A DNA stretch of 64,000 nt from Microgenomates bacterium OLB22 (GTDB lineage: Bacteria; Patescibacteriota; Microgenomatia; UBA1406; HO2-37-13b), in assembly GCA_001567515.1 (NCBI GenBank), contig LLEV01000005.1, forward strand, positions 132,484 through 196,483, read 5' to 3'. A program made the translations under genes and the position numbers. Within the stretch, counting starts at the first letter, position 1; each line of letters begins with the position of its first letter. This document shows positions 37,119-48,000 of the stretch, in pieces. The notes under the pieces are model-generated. The model saw only the letters and a program-made list of their open reading frames with translations, did not search any database and was not told the origin of the DNA.

Positions 37119-37707
37119 CTACAATCTTGCAAGAAACCTCTTGTACTCATGCAACGCTATGTAGACCTGAGCGGTAGGAATTTGGTCATATAACAAGCGC
37201 TGCTCAGCCTCATCAATGGTGCACCATTCGACCTGGATATGTTCACCCACATCGGCTGGTAGTGAACTTTGTTCGAGAGCCGTACCTAATAACACATAGA
37301 ACGGGACTAAAGCAAAGTTGCCCAATCGAAACTGTGTGAGTTGATGTAACTTGTTAGCTTTATACCCGATTTCTTCCTGCAATTCCCTGTTGCCATGTTC
37401 TATAACTTCTGTTTCATCAACGTCTTGCGAACCCGTTTCCATCCACCCACAAGGAAACTCATACACTATGTGACATATGCCATCCTCGAGTACCCTATTT
37501 TGCCCGATAATCCCAATTTTTTTGTTCTTCGTTCACCGGTATAACGAGGACAGCAGGGGCCTTACTTCGCAACTGTTCCCATTGCTGAGTGCCCTCTGGA
37601 GCCTCTACAGGAGTCGAACTAATAGTCCAACGTGGATTTTCATATTTTATTGCAGGTGACTGCGTTCTAAATCGTTTTAGAGACATAATGAAAAATTGTT
37701 GAGTCAT
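37119..37707 (-). pseudogene. NUDIX hydrolase, frameshift in T7 run
   Basis: Pieces 37495..37707 and 37119..37466 (Nudix box GWMETG...RELQEEIGY). The linker KKIGIIGQNRVLEDGICHIVYEFP is readable across 37517..37523. Confidence 0.7.
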
Positions 37708-37845
37708 TGTACACTATGAAACTCTAATACGGTGTAGTCATGAAACACCTTTTTTTTGGAGACACCAGCATGGAGTGTAAAGCATGATTTCCGCGCTATG
37801 AAGACGTGGCACCCATCTCGTTACTCGGGAGGACTAGTTTGTGCT

Positions 37846-38691
37846 CTAATACACTTTCAGTTCACCGCTTGTTATCGTGAAAGGCCCATCAGTTGGGTTA
37901 GACATTGAAGCAACACCCGCTTTGGCAGCGGCTTCTGTTGTGAACGATCCCCATACCTGATCTACTCCCACTCCGGGCTTGCCCATATCTTTGACTTGTG
38001 CAAATAGCCAAGACCCCATCCCTACATTCCCATGTATGACTGGCCCAGCAAACCATGCTCTGTTTCCATTTGTTGTCAAATATTTGATTTGCACCATGTA
38101 ATAATTTTTATCTCCATCAGAATAGGTAAACACCCCATCTCCTTTACAACCGGCGCTATATTTTTTACTTGCTGTACCGTTAGAGCTTGACCACGTCCCT
38201 GTACGGACACCGCCTAGGTCATCAGTCCAGGTCCCAGACATAGTACCATCTGAAGCCAGAGTGCCGGTCATGGTCATGAGTGTACCTGCTGCACCTGTAT
38301 CATAGAGTATCTGTATAGTCACAGTATCTCCGGAGATAGTACCGCTTGTTACATGCCATGTGTACGTATAGGGTCCACCGGCGATGTAGCCCCCTGTCCC
38401 GGCGAGGATCGATCCTGATTGTGTCAAAGAAGCATCATGTGAGTAGGTATTGACGGTATCTCCATCCAGCATAAAGCTCAGTACATACGAGTTAGTGACA
38501 TCCCAGATAAATGAACATTCCTTGTTTGTTGAAACAGCACTGAATTGTGCTTTACGAGCCAAAGGACTGTAAGCCGTATAGCCAACCTTACCAGTGACCA
38601 CGGACATACTGGGGGGCAACGCAGCATTCGCTGGAGCTGCTGTTGATGCTAAGGTAACCAGCACAAGGACAGAGATCAGTAATTTTTTCAT
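37846..38691 (-). CDS. secreted protein (281 aa), unknown function
   Basis: Signal peptide MKKLLISVLVLVTLASTAAPANA. Gly/Thr-rich and beta-rich. Confidence 0.55.
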   Translation of the reverse strand: MKKLLISVLVLVTLASTAAPANAALPPSMSVVTGKVGYTAYSPLARKAQFSAVSTNKECSFIWDVTNSYVLSFMLDGDTVNTYSHDASLTQSGSILAGTGGYIAGGPYTYTWHVTSGTISGDTVTIQILYDTGAAGTLMTMTGTLASDGTMSGTWTDDLGGVRTGTWSSSNGTASKKYSAGCKGDGVFTYSDGDKNYYMVQIKYLTTNGNRAWFAGPVIHGNVGMGSWLFAQVKDMGKPGVGVDQVWGSFTTEAAAKAGVASMSNPTDGPFTITSGELKVY

Positions 38692-38774
38692 ACTTCAGTC
38701 TAGTCTCGTTTCCATAGCATTGTCAATGCCCCATCCATTTGCGCCAGCTAACAGAACTTAGGTCAATTTGGAGA

Positions 38775-39390
38775 TCATACTTCGGCATAACTCTGCTCAC
38801 TCCAGGGGATGACTATCAAATCTGGCCATTTTGCTGACCATTTCTCCCCTTTCATAGCATACGCAAATGGGGCAAAACGGGCCTGATGATCGATGTTAGG
38901 TCGGAGCGTCATAGAAAAAAAAAAGATCCTCGAGTCCAAGTGGTGCACATATCCCTATCTTCCCTTTCTTGCACGTTACCCCTACTGCAGAGCATGGAGA
39001 CCATGACGAGATTGCGTCTTCGCAAGATGTGTAGGGCCTTATTGTTCGGAAAAAGTATTCATGAAACCACTCATGGACTCGCGCCTCATTGACAACATCT
39101 ATATGTATAGGCAAGTGACTAAATAGTCGACCAATACGCTCACGGCACTGAGCCTCGCGGTCTTTGCTTAGATCAGGATCAAAGTAGATGAGATCGTAGT
39201 CCTCTATGCCCTCAGTGATTGGTCTACCAGAGAGATGATTCCAAACGCTTTGAGTAATACACCCAGCAGCCAGGTACCAGTCCCTTATCTCAGGGAAGGG
39301 GTCACTCTGGATGATCTCATGAACATAAGGATTTTGTGTAATGATTGTAAGGAGTGTATCACTTAACTTCTTGTGGGCCACTTTTTGCAT
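38775..39390 (-). pseudogene. nucleotidyltransferase-family protein (NTP_transf_6-like), frameshift in A10 run
   Basis: ORF 38896..39390 (WYLAAGCITQSVWN...DYDLIYFD). The C-terminus ...FFSMTLRPNIDHQARFAPFAYAMKGEKW...AEV* continues in another frame after 38915..38924. Confidence 0.6.
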
Positions 39391-39549
39391 AGATGAATTA
39401 TAGCCGAGTTATACAGCAGATATAATTAGTGTATCCTACTACCTTTATTATCAAAGTACAGCTCCGCCTGAGACAAGAAAGCAGGTATCTGTGATTCAGC
39501 TATACGATGCTAAATATCTAGCCTCTATTGAGAATACTATGTAAAATAG

Positions 39550-40129
39550 TCAAGCAAACACCTCTTCAAGTATTTCTGCATTGCGGAAGAGGATAGTCCT
39601 ATTTGTTGTAAAGGTAAGGCCCTTATTTGGACTCATCTCAAATCCCAGGTAAATCACCTCGACTTCTCGAGACCGCACTTCTTTGATAGCTGGCTGGAGG
39701 TCCGAATCAGAGCTGCATAGGATAGCCCTCTTTAGCTTTTTGTCACAAGCGAGAGACACGAGATCTACCGCTATCCGCACATCAACTCCTTTTTCTCTGA
39801 AGATCACTTTTTTTTCCAACTACCTGTCCTCGGACATTACCGGACATGACGAATTCATAACCTTGAGAAACAAGACTATTGCGCAGCTTTCGCTGAAATT
39901 TGATGAGGTCTGCCGATTTTTCCTTGGTATCCTCATGCTTGTGGAGTTTTGCTGCATAAAAAATCTTTCGATGTAGATGGAGTCCTTTGAGGGGTTTCTC
40001 AAAAAGAGCATTGAAATCTAGTGAAGCGAGATCGATCGCCTTTTGTTTCGTCTTCTTACTTTCCTTTAAGACCGCTTCAAGTTTATGCATGAAATTTTCA
40101 CCATCTATGAAGAGAACAGTTTGGGACAT
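39550..40129 (-). pseudogene. NYN-domain (LabA-like) putative RNase, frameshift in T8 run
   Basis: Pieces 39782..40129 (VLFIDGENF) and 39550..39819 (EKGVDVRIAVD...SSDSDLQPA). The frames join at 39808..39815. Confidence 0.7.
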
Positions 40130-40144
40130 GGCTCATTGTACAAC

Positions 40145-40180
40145 AAAAAAACCTCAGCGGGCTTTCGCACGAGCTGAGGC
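40145..40180 (-). terminator. intrinsic terminator of the sortase/GT2 operon
   Basis: Minus strand: CCTCAGC-loop-GCTGAGG followed by T7. Confidence 0.75.
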
Positions 40181-40225
40181 GTTGATGAGTTAATTATAGG
40201 TAGTAACAGAAAGGAAGTCAATGTT

Positions 40226-41491
40226 TTATGCAATACTTGCCTCTACCCTGCGTTCTACGTGTGTCCATGTGCAGATCTGCTGGGCAATACTATTTCTGAG
40301 TGTAGGAAGTAGAACAAGTGACTTGATGAGAGCATAATACTCAACATAACTGAGTATGTAAAAGAAAAAGTACATGCTTGGAACAAATGGCATTAGTACG
40401 AGCTTCTCACGCAGACTCATGGTCGTCTCCATGAGAACGTTGAGTGATAAATAACTAACCATGACAAGGATGGCCGAAAGCAGCGTAACCAAGTCTCCGT
40501 AGGCTACTATAATGTAGGCGATGTACCCGATCATCAATGGTTCTAGAAAGAATGCCACATCACTGAAAATCGCGTAAGGCAGGTAGAGATAAGTCAAGGC
40601 TTTTCCAAAGCGGTTATGAGAATTGAAAAAAAGATTTCGATTCTTGTAAAACGTCTGAGACCTCCCCCACTTCCATCGAAAACGCTGTTTCATGAGATCT
40701 TTTATGCTCAGTACACTTTCGGTATAGGATGTTACATCAGCGCCATAGATGACACGATGTTTTTTGTTTCCTAGCTGAAGGATCTTCATAGTAAGGTCGA
40801 TGTCCTCTGTGATGGTGTCGCCATCATAGTATCCGATCTTCTTTATCACATCACGTCTGAAGGTCGATCCAATGCCCCCGATGATGTACTCAATGTTGAA
40901 AAGTGACTGAGCCCGCTTCATCTGGTAACACACGAGGTACTCAAACCGTTGTATCAAGTTCAATAGTGTGCCTGTCGGGATTATCCGGACATTTGAGGCC
41001 AATGCAACGACTTTTTCGTCACGGAAGTAGCGAGCTGCATTTCTGAGGGCATCAGGGGCGATGTAAGAGTCACCATCCAAACACATGACGAGCTTACCCA
41101 CAGCATGCTTATGGAGCCCGTTGTTGAGAGCTTTAGCCTTACCTTGATTCTTTTGAAAAACTAATGTCAGATTTTTTGCTTTGTGTTCCTTCTTATATGC
41201 GGTAAGAATGGCTCGTGAATTGTCTGTTGAACCATCATCAACGACCACAACCTTGAGCTTATCCATAGGATAGTCACTATCCAGTACCGACTGCACTGCT
41301 CGTAGGATACTGTTTTGCTCATTGTGAGCTGGTATCACGACGGTAAAAAAGGGCAAAGAGCCTTTCTTGGAAGCTTTTTTCTTCTCTGTTGAGGTCTTGA
41401 GGTCGTAGATATCGGACCCAATGAGAAAAAGACCCATGCGAATCAGGTTGATTGTTCCAAAAAAAATGATGAGATAGGCGATTAGTTCCAT
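40226..41491 (-). CDS. processive family-2 glycosyltransferase (PgaC/IcaA/cellulose-synthase-like)
   Basis: 421 aa. N-terminal TM, VVIPAHNE, VVDDGSTD, LDGDS, TEDIDLT, QRFRW (QxxRW), C-terminal TM bundle. Confidence 0.85.
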   Translation of the reverse strand: MELIAYLIIFFGTINLIRMGLFLIGSDIYDLKTSTEKKKASKKGSLPFFTVVIPAHNEQNSILRAVQSVLDSDYPMDKLKVVVVDDGSTDNSRAILTAYKKEHKAKNLTLVFQKNQGKAKALNNGLHKHAVGKLVMCLDGDSYIAPDALRNAARYFRDEKVVALASNVRIIPTGTLLNLIQRFEYLVCYQMKRAQSLFNIEYIIGGIGSTFRRDVIKKIGYYDGDTITEDIDLTMKILQLGNKKHRVIYGADVTSYTESVLSIKDLMKQRFRWKWGRSQTFYKNRNLFFNSHNRFGKALTYLYLPYAIFSDVAFFLEPLMIGYIAYIIVAYGDLVTLLSAILVMVSYLSLNVLMETTMSLREKLVLMPFVPSMYFFFYILSYVEYYALIKSLVLLPTLRNSIAQQICTWTHVERRVEASIA

Positions 41492-41493
41492 AA

Positions 41494-42042
41494 TTAGTTT
41501 GTTGTAATGAGTTTTAGATGCACTAATAGACGTGCGTTGTTATGAGGTCCTGTACAGGTGATCAGCGTGAGCTGAGGCCTTCCGTCATTGCGGAATACCG
41601 TAACATGCGTGGGAGAGACTTTTTCTTGTGACAGGTAGCCATAGGTAAAACGTCTTCCGTCTTGCGTAGTGAGTACTACAATGTCACCTGTATTGAGCTT
41701 ATGTATCTTTCCAAAGAGATCTGTTGTATTGTGAGCATAAATGACAGTGGTGCCCTTTTTTGTATTGGGAGCAACTGAAAGGGAGGCAAAATGAGCAGCA
41801 TCTTGAGTGATGAGCCATGAGTCTTTACTTAGGTCATAGGTACCTGGCTTTACCGGCTTTTGGACCCCAATTTGGGGCACCATGATTTGTACAGGAGCAT
41901 CGATGCTCTGTCTTTGTTGCAACGAGAATAGAGTGCTTTCTGCGCTTTTTATACGCACAAAATAGGCCGTCGCGATGCTCAAAATGAGCACATTAGCAAC
42001 AAATACAGCACAAACTGCTGGAAAAGACATTTTCATATGCAC
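41494..42042 (-). CDS. sortase-family transpeptidase
   Basis: 182 aa. N-terminal TM, His in VIYAHN, catalytic TLITC, and a distal Arg candidate. Confidence 0.8.
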   Translation of the reverse strand: MHMKMSFPAVCAVFVANVLILSIATAYFVRIKSAESTLFSLQQRQSIDAPVQIMVPQIGVQKPVKPGTYDLSKDSWLITQDAAHFASLSVAPNTKKGTTVIYAHNTTDLFGKIHKLNTGDIVVLTTQDGRRFTYGYLSQEKVSPTHVTVFRNDGRPQLTLITCTGPHNNARLLVHLKLITTN

Positions 42043-42047
42043 TGAGG

Positions 42048-42230
42048 TTAGCGGATAGCCCTGAGTATACGGGTCACTATAAAGGTGAGCACAACAGCAG
42101 CGCCGACAATCATAGCGACAATAGGTAGTATCTGGCTGATCATGTTAGTTCCGGTATTAGGCAACGAAGCCACTCCTGCAGCGAAGGTTGCAGCTCCGAG
42201 TACTTGACCTGAAGTTCCGTTGAGGGACAT
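42048..42230 (-). CDS. 60-aa protein consisting almost only of an LPXTG cell-wall sorting signal
   Basis: LPNTG at aa 23-27, TM at aa 31-53, tail RILRAIR. An in-frame TAG lies 9 nt upstream of the ATG, so the ORF is complete. It sits 6 nt upstream of the sortase gene. Confidence 0.55.
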   Translation of the reverse strand: MSLNGTSGQVLGAATFAAGVASLPNTGTNMISQILPIVAMIVGAAVVLTFIVTRILRAIR

Positions 42231-42360
42231 AGATAAACTAAGAATAACTATTTTAACAGATTGAAGTATATCACATGTAGTCTTATAAGTAAATACTATA
42301 TGTACTTAATCTTCTTTCAGCTGAGCATCAAAGAATGCAACAGATCTACGCATAGCGATA

Positions 42361-43365
42361 CTAAAGTTTTTTTGAGAGATTGTGATCATCTCCCTCATAA
42401 GTGAATAACTCAGAGAGCTTGCCTACCTGCTTCATCCTCTCATCAAGCTTCTGTGAGAATTCGAGAGGGACTGTCACATCTGCTGTGCCATGATGCAGCT
42501 GGATGGGCCCAGAGATATCTTTAAGATAGGCTGTCGCTGAGATAGAGTCCCAAAAGCTTGGATTTTGCTCTGGCGTACCATACTGCCTGAGTAGTTCATC
42601 TCTCCAACGTCGTGCCCCACCTGGGATAGTCGGCCTTATAGAGGCACCTCTCCTCCAGTTATAGAGCAGATCCGGATATGAACCGACTACTCCGGCCCAG
42701 ATGACACCTACCTTTACATCCTTTGAGACCACCATGTTCCGAAGGGTGATATGTCCTCCCATCGAGTGCCCCCACATGCCTATCTTGTCTGCATCAGTGT
42801 CTTTATACTTCTTCATCGAAGCGACCGCATTGAGGACATCAACGGTATAAGCATTGGATCCATATGCGCCAGATGGTACTCCCTCTGAACTACCATGTCC
42901 ACGATAGTCGGGTCGAAACACGATGTACCCACTACGGGCCAAGCCATCGACATAAGCTATATAGCGCTCTGTAGTGCGATATTCGGCTGGGGGTATGTAG
43001 CCGTGGTTAAAGATGATAGCAGGCCAACCATCCTCAGGTCTATTACCTTTAGGGACAGTCAGGAGTGCATATATCTTTAGACCTTCTGACTGATATGAGG
43101 TGAGGTATCTATTATAAGTACTCCCTGGACTCAACGTTTCTTCAATACGAATGTCACTTCCTGGGTACGAGCCTTTACGTAGAGACTCAACAGCCAGATG
43201 ATGAGGCTCCTCCTGGAGCGACCCCCCGTCATCCTGCCCACTTGGAATATCGGTGATAAATGACGAGGTCATTGTTGGGCTCAACTGATACCAATATATA
43301 AAGGCACATACTATGACACTAAACCCGATACCCAATAAAATACTTTTTCTCATGGTTCTAGTCAT
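42361..43365 (-). CDS. alpha/beta hydrolase (S9 prolyl-oligopeptidase/dienelactone-hydrolase-like), membrane anchored
   Basis: 334 aa. Nucleophile elbow GHSMGG. C-terminal HGTAD...DH. Confidence 0.75.
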   Translation of the reverse strand: MTRTMRKSILLGIGFSVIVCAFIYWYQLSPTMTSSFITDIPSGQDDGGSLQEEPHHLAVESLRKGSYPGSDIRIEETLSPGSTYNRYLTSYQSEGLKIYALLTVPKGNRPEDGWPAIIFNHGYIPPAEYRTTERYIAYVDGLARSGYIVFRPDYRGHGSSEGVPSGAYGSNAYTVDVLNAVASMKKYKDTDADKIGMWGHSMGGHITLRNMVVSKDVKVGVIWAGVVGSYPDLLYNWRRGASIRPTIPGGARRWRDELLRQYGTPEQNPSFWDSISATAYLKDISGPIQLHHGTADVTVPLEFSQKLDERMKQVGKLSELFTYEGDDHNLSKKL

Positions 43366-43392
43366 TGTACACTAGCAGTTTGAGCGGATATG

Positions 43393-43725
43393 TTAGTCTT
43401 TCTTATTGCGAAGTCGTTCGACCAAGAGTTCCCTCCTGATCTCGAAAAAGCCGATAAGTTCAGCGAGGATATAGCCAAAGAGCGCATAGATGAGGAGGCC
43501 AAACAAAGCAGAAAACTCTATAGTGAAACCTACAGGCAGATGAGCAACAGGGAACATCCCCTGAAATGGTATGAGCAGCGAATCGCTAGTCTGATAAACC
43601 CATGAAACAAATGGAGCGACAGAATTTGCTCCAAAGAATTTGAGAAGGACTCGTAGACCAATGAGGAGCTCAGCTAGGCCTATCACGAGATTTGTGAGTG
43701 ATAAGATAGTCTGTGCAGCTATCAT
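43393..43725 (-). CDS. YggT-family membrane protein
   Basis: 110 aa. LRVLLKFFGAN...FVSWVYQTSDSLLIPFQ pattern. Confidence 0.55.
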   Translation of the reverse strand: MIAAQTILSLTNLVIGLAELLIGLRVLLKFFGANSVAPFVSWVYQTSDSLLIPFQGMFPVAHLPVGFTIEFSALFGLLIYALFGYILAELIGFFEIRRELLVERLRNKKD

Positions 43726-43758
43726 ATAGCGCGAGTTTATACCCGATAATAATACTTG

Positions 43759-44796
43759 TCAAGCAGATGCCTTGAGTACGTACACACCTGCCTTCTTACC
43801 AGATACCAGAATGTCATAGGTTTGTTGGAGTAGTAGCTTCTTCACCGCTTTACGCTTTAGCAAGTCTTGCAAGAGTTCTTTCCGAGCTGTAAGTATCACG
43901 ACAAGCCCACCCGGCTTAATGACACGACAGAACTCTCTTAGGAGCGCGTCATACAATGCTTCTAGTCCACCAGTACTATTTCCTGAAGAGTCATAGAGTC
44001 CCCACGGTGGATCAGTCACGACTTTATCAACACTCTGATCTGCTATGCTTGCAAGGTTAGTTGCATCGAGTGTGGCTACCTCAAAATCTTTTATTCCTGC
44101 TCTTTGCTTCAAAGCTGCGACGAGACCACGATCTTTGTCACCTGCGATTATCTTGCTATAGGGATAGCTCTTGGCACGCTCCAAAGGAATCGCCCCAGAT
44201 CCACAAAATGGATCGAGGAAAACATCGGAGTCCTGTGGATCAGAGAGACTACAAAGCAAATAAGCTAGCTCACGACTCACTTCACCTTTCTCCGGTTTTT
44301 TTTGGACAGTATTGAGCCCAGTGAGACGCACTCCCAAAAAGGCTTGATCTTCACGGCGCAATAGAAACCAGAACTCACTATCTGCTTTCAGAGGACCGAG
44401 CCTTAGCCTTGTCGCCGAGATGATCCTAGCCTCTATATTTCGCATGATCCCTTTGTCCACAGATATCATCTGATTTTCTCGCGACACGATGAGACGAAAT
44501 GAACTATTGCGTGCGAGCATAAGCGGGCGTAGTGACGTCTTAAAGTCTACATCAGACGCCAGCCTACGCACGATCCCTTCTGCTCTTCCTGGAGGGGTGA
44601 TGGGGAATTGGTTAAGTAGCAGAAAAGTATTGTTAAAATACCGAGTCTTACGAACTTGCTGCAGCGGTGCCTCAGTACTGTAGACCACAAGACCATCTAG
44701 AAGCATCGTAATCTTGACGTCTGGAAAGTCTCTATTAACTAGCTGCTCTATGACATCAGTAAAGCCAGAGATGAAAGTGGAGAAATAGCTTGTCAT
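43759..44796 (-). CDS. THUMP-domain class I SAM-dependent RNA methyltransferase (UPF0020/RlmL-like)
   Basis: ORF 43759..44850 (TTG). ATG at 44796. DPFCGSGAIPLE (SAM motif I) and DPPWG catalytic motif. Confidence 0.75.
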   Translation of the reverse strand: MTSYFSTFISGFTDVIEQLVNRDFPDVKITMLLDGLVVYSTEAPLQQVRKTRYFNNTFLLLNQFPITPPGRAEGIVRRLASDVDFKTSLRPLMLARNSSFRLIVSRENQMISVDKGIMRNIEARIISATRLRLGPLKADSEFWFLLRREDQAFLGVRLTGLNTVQKKPEKGEVSRELAYLLCSLSDPQDSDVFLDPFCGSGAIPLERAKSYPYSKIIAGDKDRGLVAALKQRAGIKDFEVATLDATNLASIADQSVDKVVTDPPWGLYDSSGNSTGGLEALYDALLREFCRVIKPGGLVVILTARKELLQDLLKRKAVKKLLLQQTYDILVSGKKAGVYVLKASA

Positions 44797-44885
44797 GAAG
44801 GTATTATATAGTAACAATAGAGTAATCCGGTGCTGGAACTCTTGATTCAAAATTATTGATCAAACCTGATACACTGGTGGTAGGT

Positions 44886-46266
44886 ATGGATCAAGAAGAT
44901 CAGATAGTACATCAAGACGTCTCTGAGAGTTCAACCAGTCACAGAAACCTTGCTTACCCGCTTATAGCACTTTTAATTGTATGCGGCCTAGTCATAGGAT
45001 ATTTCTCTCAAGTCTACTTTGGAAATAATAACAGGACTCTATCTCAGGTCATCAAGAAGACTGAGATAGCTCCTACAGAAAAGCCCGATGCAGATCCCCT
45101 CAAATCACTTGTAGGCAAACAAGTATTATTTGATTCACTACAAAACTTTGATGATATGACTAATGAGGATCTCCCCAATTTTACTGATGTCCGTGTAGTA
45201 GAGCCCTACGAAGGGCTGACGCTGATCATGGGGTTTGGACGGATTGCCTTATATTCTGTAGCTGAGAGAAAGTATGTCAAAATGAGTGATAAGACGCTAT
45301 CATGTGCGACTTCCGCCGGTCTCATAGGACAAAGGCTCTATGTCGGATGTAATTCTGAGACATTTGCAGGCCCTCATAGAATATTTGAAATTGATATGAC
45401 GACTGGAAAGATAGCGCGGGCGTATTTATCTACTAGCTTTATCGGAAAAAAATACAATGCAGTTAATCTCAAGTTTTGCGACAATGGGGACGATACTCTG
45501 GGGCAGCTCATGGGATGGGGTCTTCAAATATGATACAGTTACAAAAAAACTCACTTTATATTCTTACGATGATCTACAGTTCCCCGAGGATGACCCTACT
45601 TGGAACAGAGGGACAACTTGTCGAAAGGCTTTTCTCTACAAGGAAAAAGGCCTTATAAAAGTTCTTAGCCAATGTGATCACACCGCTACCTACAATGAAG
45701 CTGATGATAGTTGGACTACTATACATGACCCCAATAATACGCTTCCGCCTAAGATAAATAGAACCGCTAAAGACTTTGGTCTTGATCTACCTTCTTTTAG
45801 TGCATTTTCTGATATACGCTCTGGTAGGCGCTATCTTTTCAACGAAGAAGCAGTATTTACACTGGAGGAAGATTCATTTCCTGTAAAGGTATTCGATCTT
45901 GTTACGAAGATTCGGGGGGGTGCTCCACCACACATAGGCTTTGTCTCTAGCGATGAACGCTACGCCCTAATATTTAGTGACTTAGTACTTGGTCCACATA
46001 CAGACGTAGCTGACTACACGCTTGGTGACATTGCTTCATTTACTCTGATTGATCTTACAACTGGATCTTCGACAGATCTAATAGCTAATAGTGGTCTGGG
46101 ACCGAGACCGGCAGAGGACTACATACGATTTGGACAGTATTTAGAGGATAGCACATTTAGGGAAGAGGGTAGAAACATCTCTCTATACAACGAAAATGAT
46201 AGGATCTTGAGTGTCAATACTCTAGAGAAAAAGATAGCATTTACTATTCCATCTCCTACTCTGTAG
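44886..46266 (+). pseudogene. membrane-anchored beta-propeller-like protein, one frameshift near 45473
   Basis: Pieces 44856..45533 and 45457..46266. The junction ...AVNLKF/ATMGTILWGSSWDGVFKYD lies at T4 45473..45476. Confidence 0.5.
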
Positions 46267-46497
46267 GTCTCTATTTATTGAAATGATCGTGACCCACATG
46301 CTCGACCAGTATGCGTTTGTCTTCTCCAATCAGCTTCAATATGGTGCCATTCTAGCGATTGGTTAGTTCGTTCCATAGCGCAGTGGGCCACTCTTATCAG
46401 ACAATACATTCGTTTATATCAGGTGTCGCTGCATAAGTGCTACCCAGCTATATCCAGTGACCTCTGGGAGACGTATATACTCATTGTTAAATGATTA

Positions 46498-47124
46498 CTA
46501 CAATAATTCTTGGAGTCGCGGGACTACCTTTTGGATCGCGCTTTCACGATGGCTATGTTTACCCCTCTTTTCCTCAATAGTCATTCTCTCTACTTCAGCC
46601 AGGAGCATGTTCCATTCTGGAACTACGAAAAGTGAGGCGAAAGGAAAGCCCTCAATACGGATATCTTGAGGACTCTCTAGGATCAAGCCACGGAGGACAC
46701 CATCAAACATCTCTATCTCACCACTGGGTAGGGCCATCGCGATCACCGTACGAAATTGGGCAGTACGCTGACTTTCGGCAACATATTTCATCTGCTCGAG
46801 ACAATACTTGATGATCTCCTCGTCACTCATACGAGTCACTCCATCTTTCCAGCGACGGACGTGAATGCCAGGAGCCCCATCAAGAGCATCTATCTCAAGG
46901 CCCGTATCATCTGACAAGACTATCCTACCGCCACTTACCTCAATAAATGCTTTTACTTTCAGATACGCATTTTCCTCCAAGGTAGAACCTGTCTCAGGAA
47001 CATCTAGATCAATGCCCAGATCCTTTGGAGAAACGACCCGGATACCATGATGTTCCAAAAACTTTGATACCTCACCAACTTTACCGGGATTGTTAGTAGC
47101 ATAGAGTACTTCTTTGTTTGACAT
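46498..47124 (-). CDS. rdgB: non-canonical purine NTP pyrophosphatase (RdgB/HAM1 family)
   Basis: 208 aa. ATNNPGKVGEV, SDDTGLEIDALDGAPG. Confidence 0.8.
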   Translation of the reverse strand: MSNKEVLYATNNPGKVGEVSKFLEHHGIRVVSPKDLGIDLDVPETGSTLEENAYLKVKAFIEVSGGRIVLSDDTGLEIDALDGAPGIHVRRWKDGVTRMSDEEIIKYCLEQMKYVAESQRTAQFRTVIAMALPSGEIEMFDGVLRGLILESPQDIRIEGFPFASLFVVPEWNMLLAEVERMTIEEKRGKHSHRESAIQKVVPRLQELL

Positions 47125-47234
47125 GGAGGTAGAGTATCAGCACATGATGAGTTTAGCAATGCAATAGGAATTGTAGAGCAAAAAAAAAGCCCCCTCAGCA
47201 CTCCGTGGATCGCGGATGAGAGGGGTCATGATCT

Positions 47235-47501
47235 TTACCCAAATGCCCCCCATATCTCGAGGGGAGCGTAGATCAGAAGGCTAATAATGCCTAGAGTCAG
47301 TGTTCCAAACACTAGCATAAATGCTACAGTCAAGATCTTCTTCCACCACTTCATTGGCTCGATCAGGCTATTGTAGAAGCCCTTAGGCCAATGAGCCAGC
47401 CAAACAAACAGCAGGAAGAATCCTACTCCAAACATGACTATGTGAACCAGCCCAGCTGCAACCCCACGGGCCGCAGCGTCAGAGATCTGCTTCTCTGTCA
47501 T
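47235..47501 (-). CDS. small membrane protein (88 aa)
   Basis: ORF 47235..47639. The upstream terminator lies at 47602..47627, so the start is taken at ATG 47501 (SD AAAGGAG, TGaTATAAT upstream). Confidence 0.5.
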   Translation of the reverse strand: MTEKQISDAAARGVAAGLVHIVMFGVGFFLLFVWLAHWPKGFYNSLIEPMKWWKKILTVAFMLVFGTLTLGIISLLIYAPLEIWGAFG

Positions 47502-47601
47502 CTCACCAGCTCCTTTGTGAAAGATTGGTTGTATTATATCAAATATTACCCTATAGTAAAGCGTTGTGTCGAGAAGAGTCCTCAGCGAGCTAATAAAGCA
47601 T

Positions 47602-47627
47602 AAAAAAAGGCCCCGCCATGGCGGGGC
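47602..47627 (-). terminator. intrinsic terminator
   Basis: Minus strand: GCCCCGCC-AT-GGCGGGGC followed by T7. Confidence 0.8.
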
Positions 47628-47643
47628 ATATAAAGCCAAGTAC

Positions 47644-47976
47644 TTAGCTACGCTTCTGACGATAGCCTATTGCGACCAGCATCTTGACAGCGTCAAGAGC
47701 TGCCCTGAGCTCTTCTACAGTTGTCGGCACTTCCAGATTGATACCACCGATGCTGTAAACGCCCCAATGAGGGAGAAACTCGACTACTACGGTATCCTGG
47801 TAGCGATAAACGTATGGGAAATTCCAATATGGACCACTACCTTTTTGCCGTTGCCACTCTTCAACTTTGGTCAAATCAAGCAACCACTTCACTAGCTGGA
47901 CGTTACGATCCCAATCTCCAAGATTGCGAAGCTGAGGACTCGGCCAGACGACTTCATCCATTACACCTGGGCTCAT
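47644..47976 (-). CDS. orphan protein (110 aa)
   Basis: ORF track. SD AAAGGAGAG lies 6 nt upstream of the ATG. Confidence 0.55.
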   Translation of the reverse strand: MSPGVMDEVVWPSPQLRNLGDWDRNVQLVKWLLDLTKVEEWQRQKGSGPYWNFPYVYRYQDTVVVEFLPHWGVYSIGGINLEVPTTVEELRAALDAVKMLVAIGYRQKRS

Positions 47977-48000
47977 GCATATCTCTCCTTTGCTTGTTAC

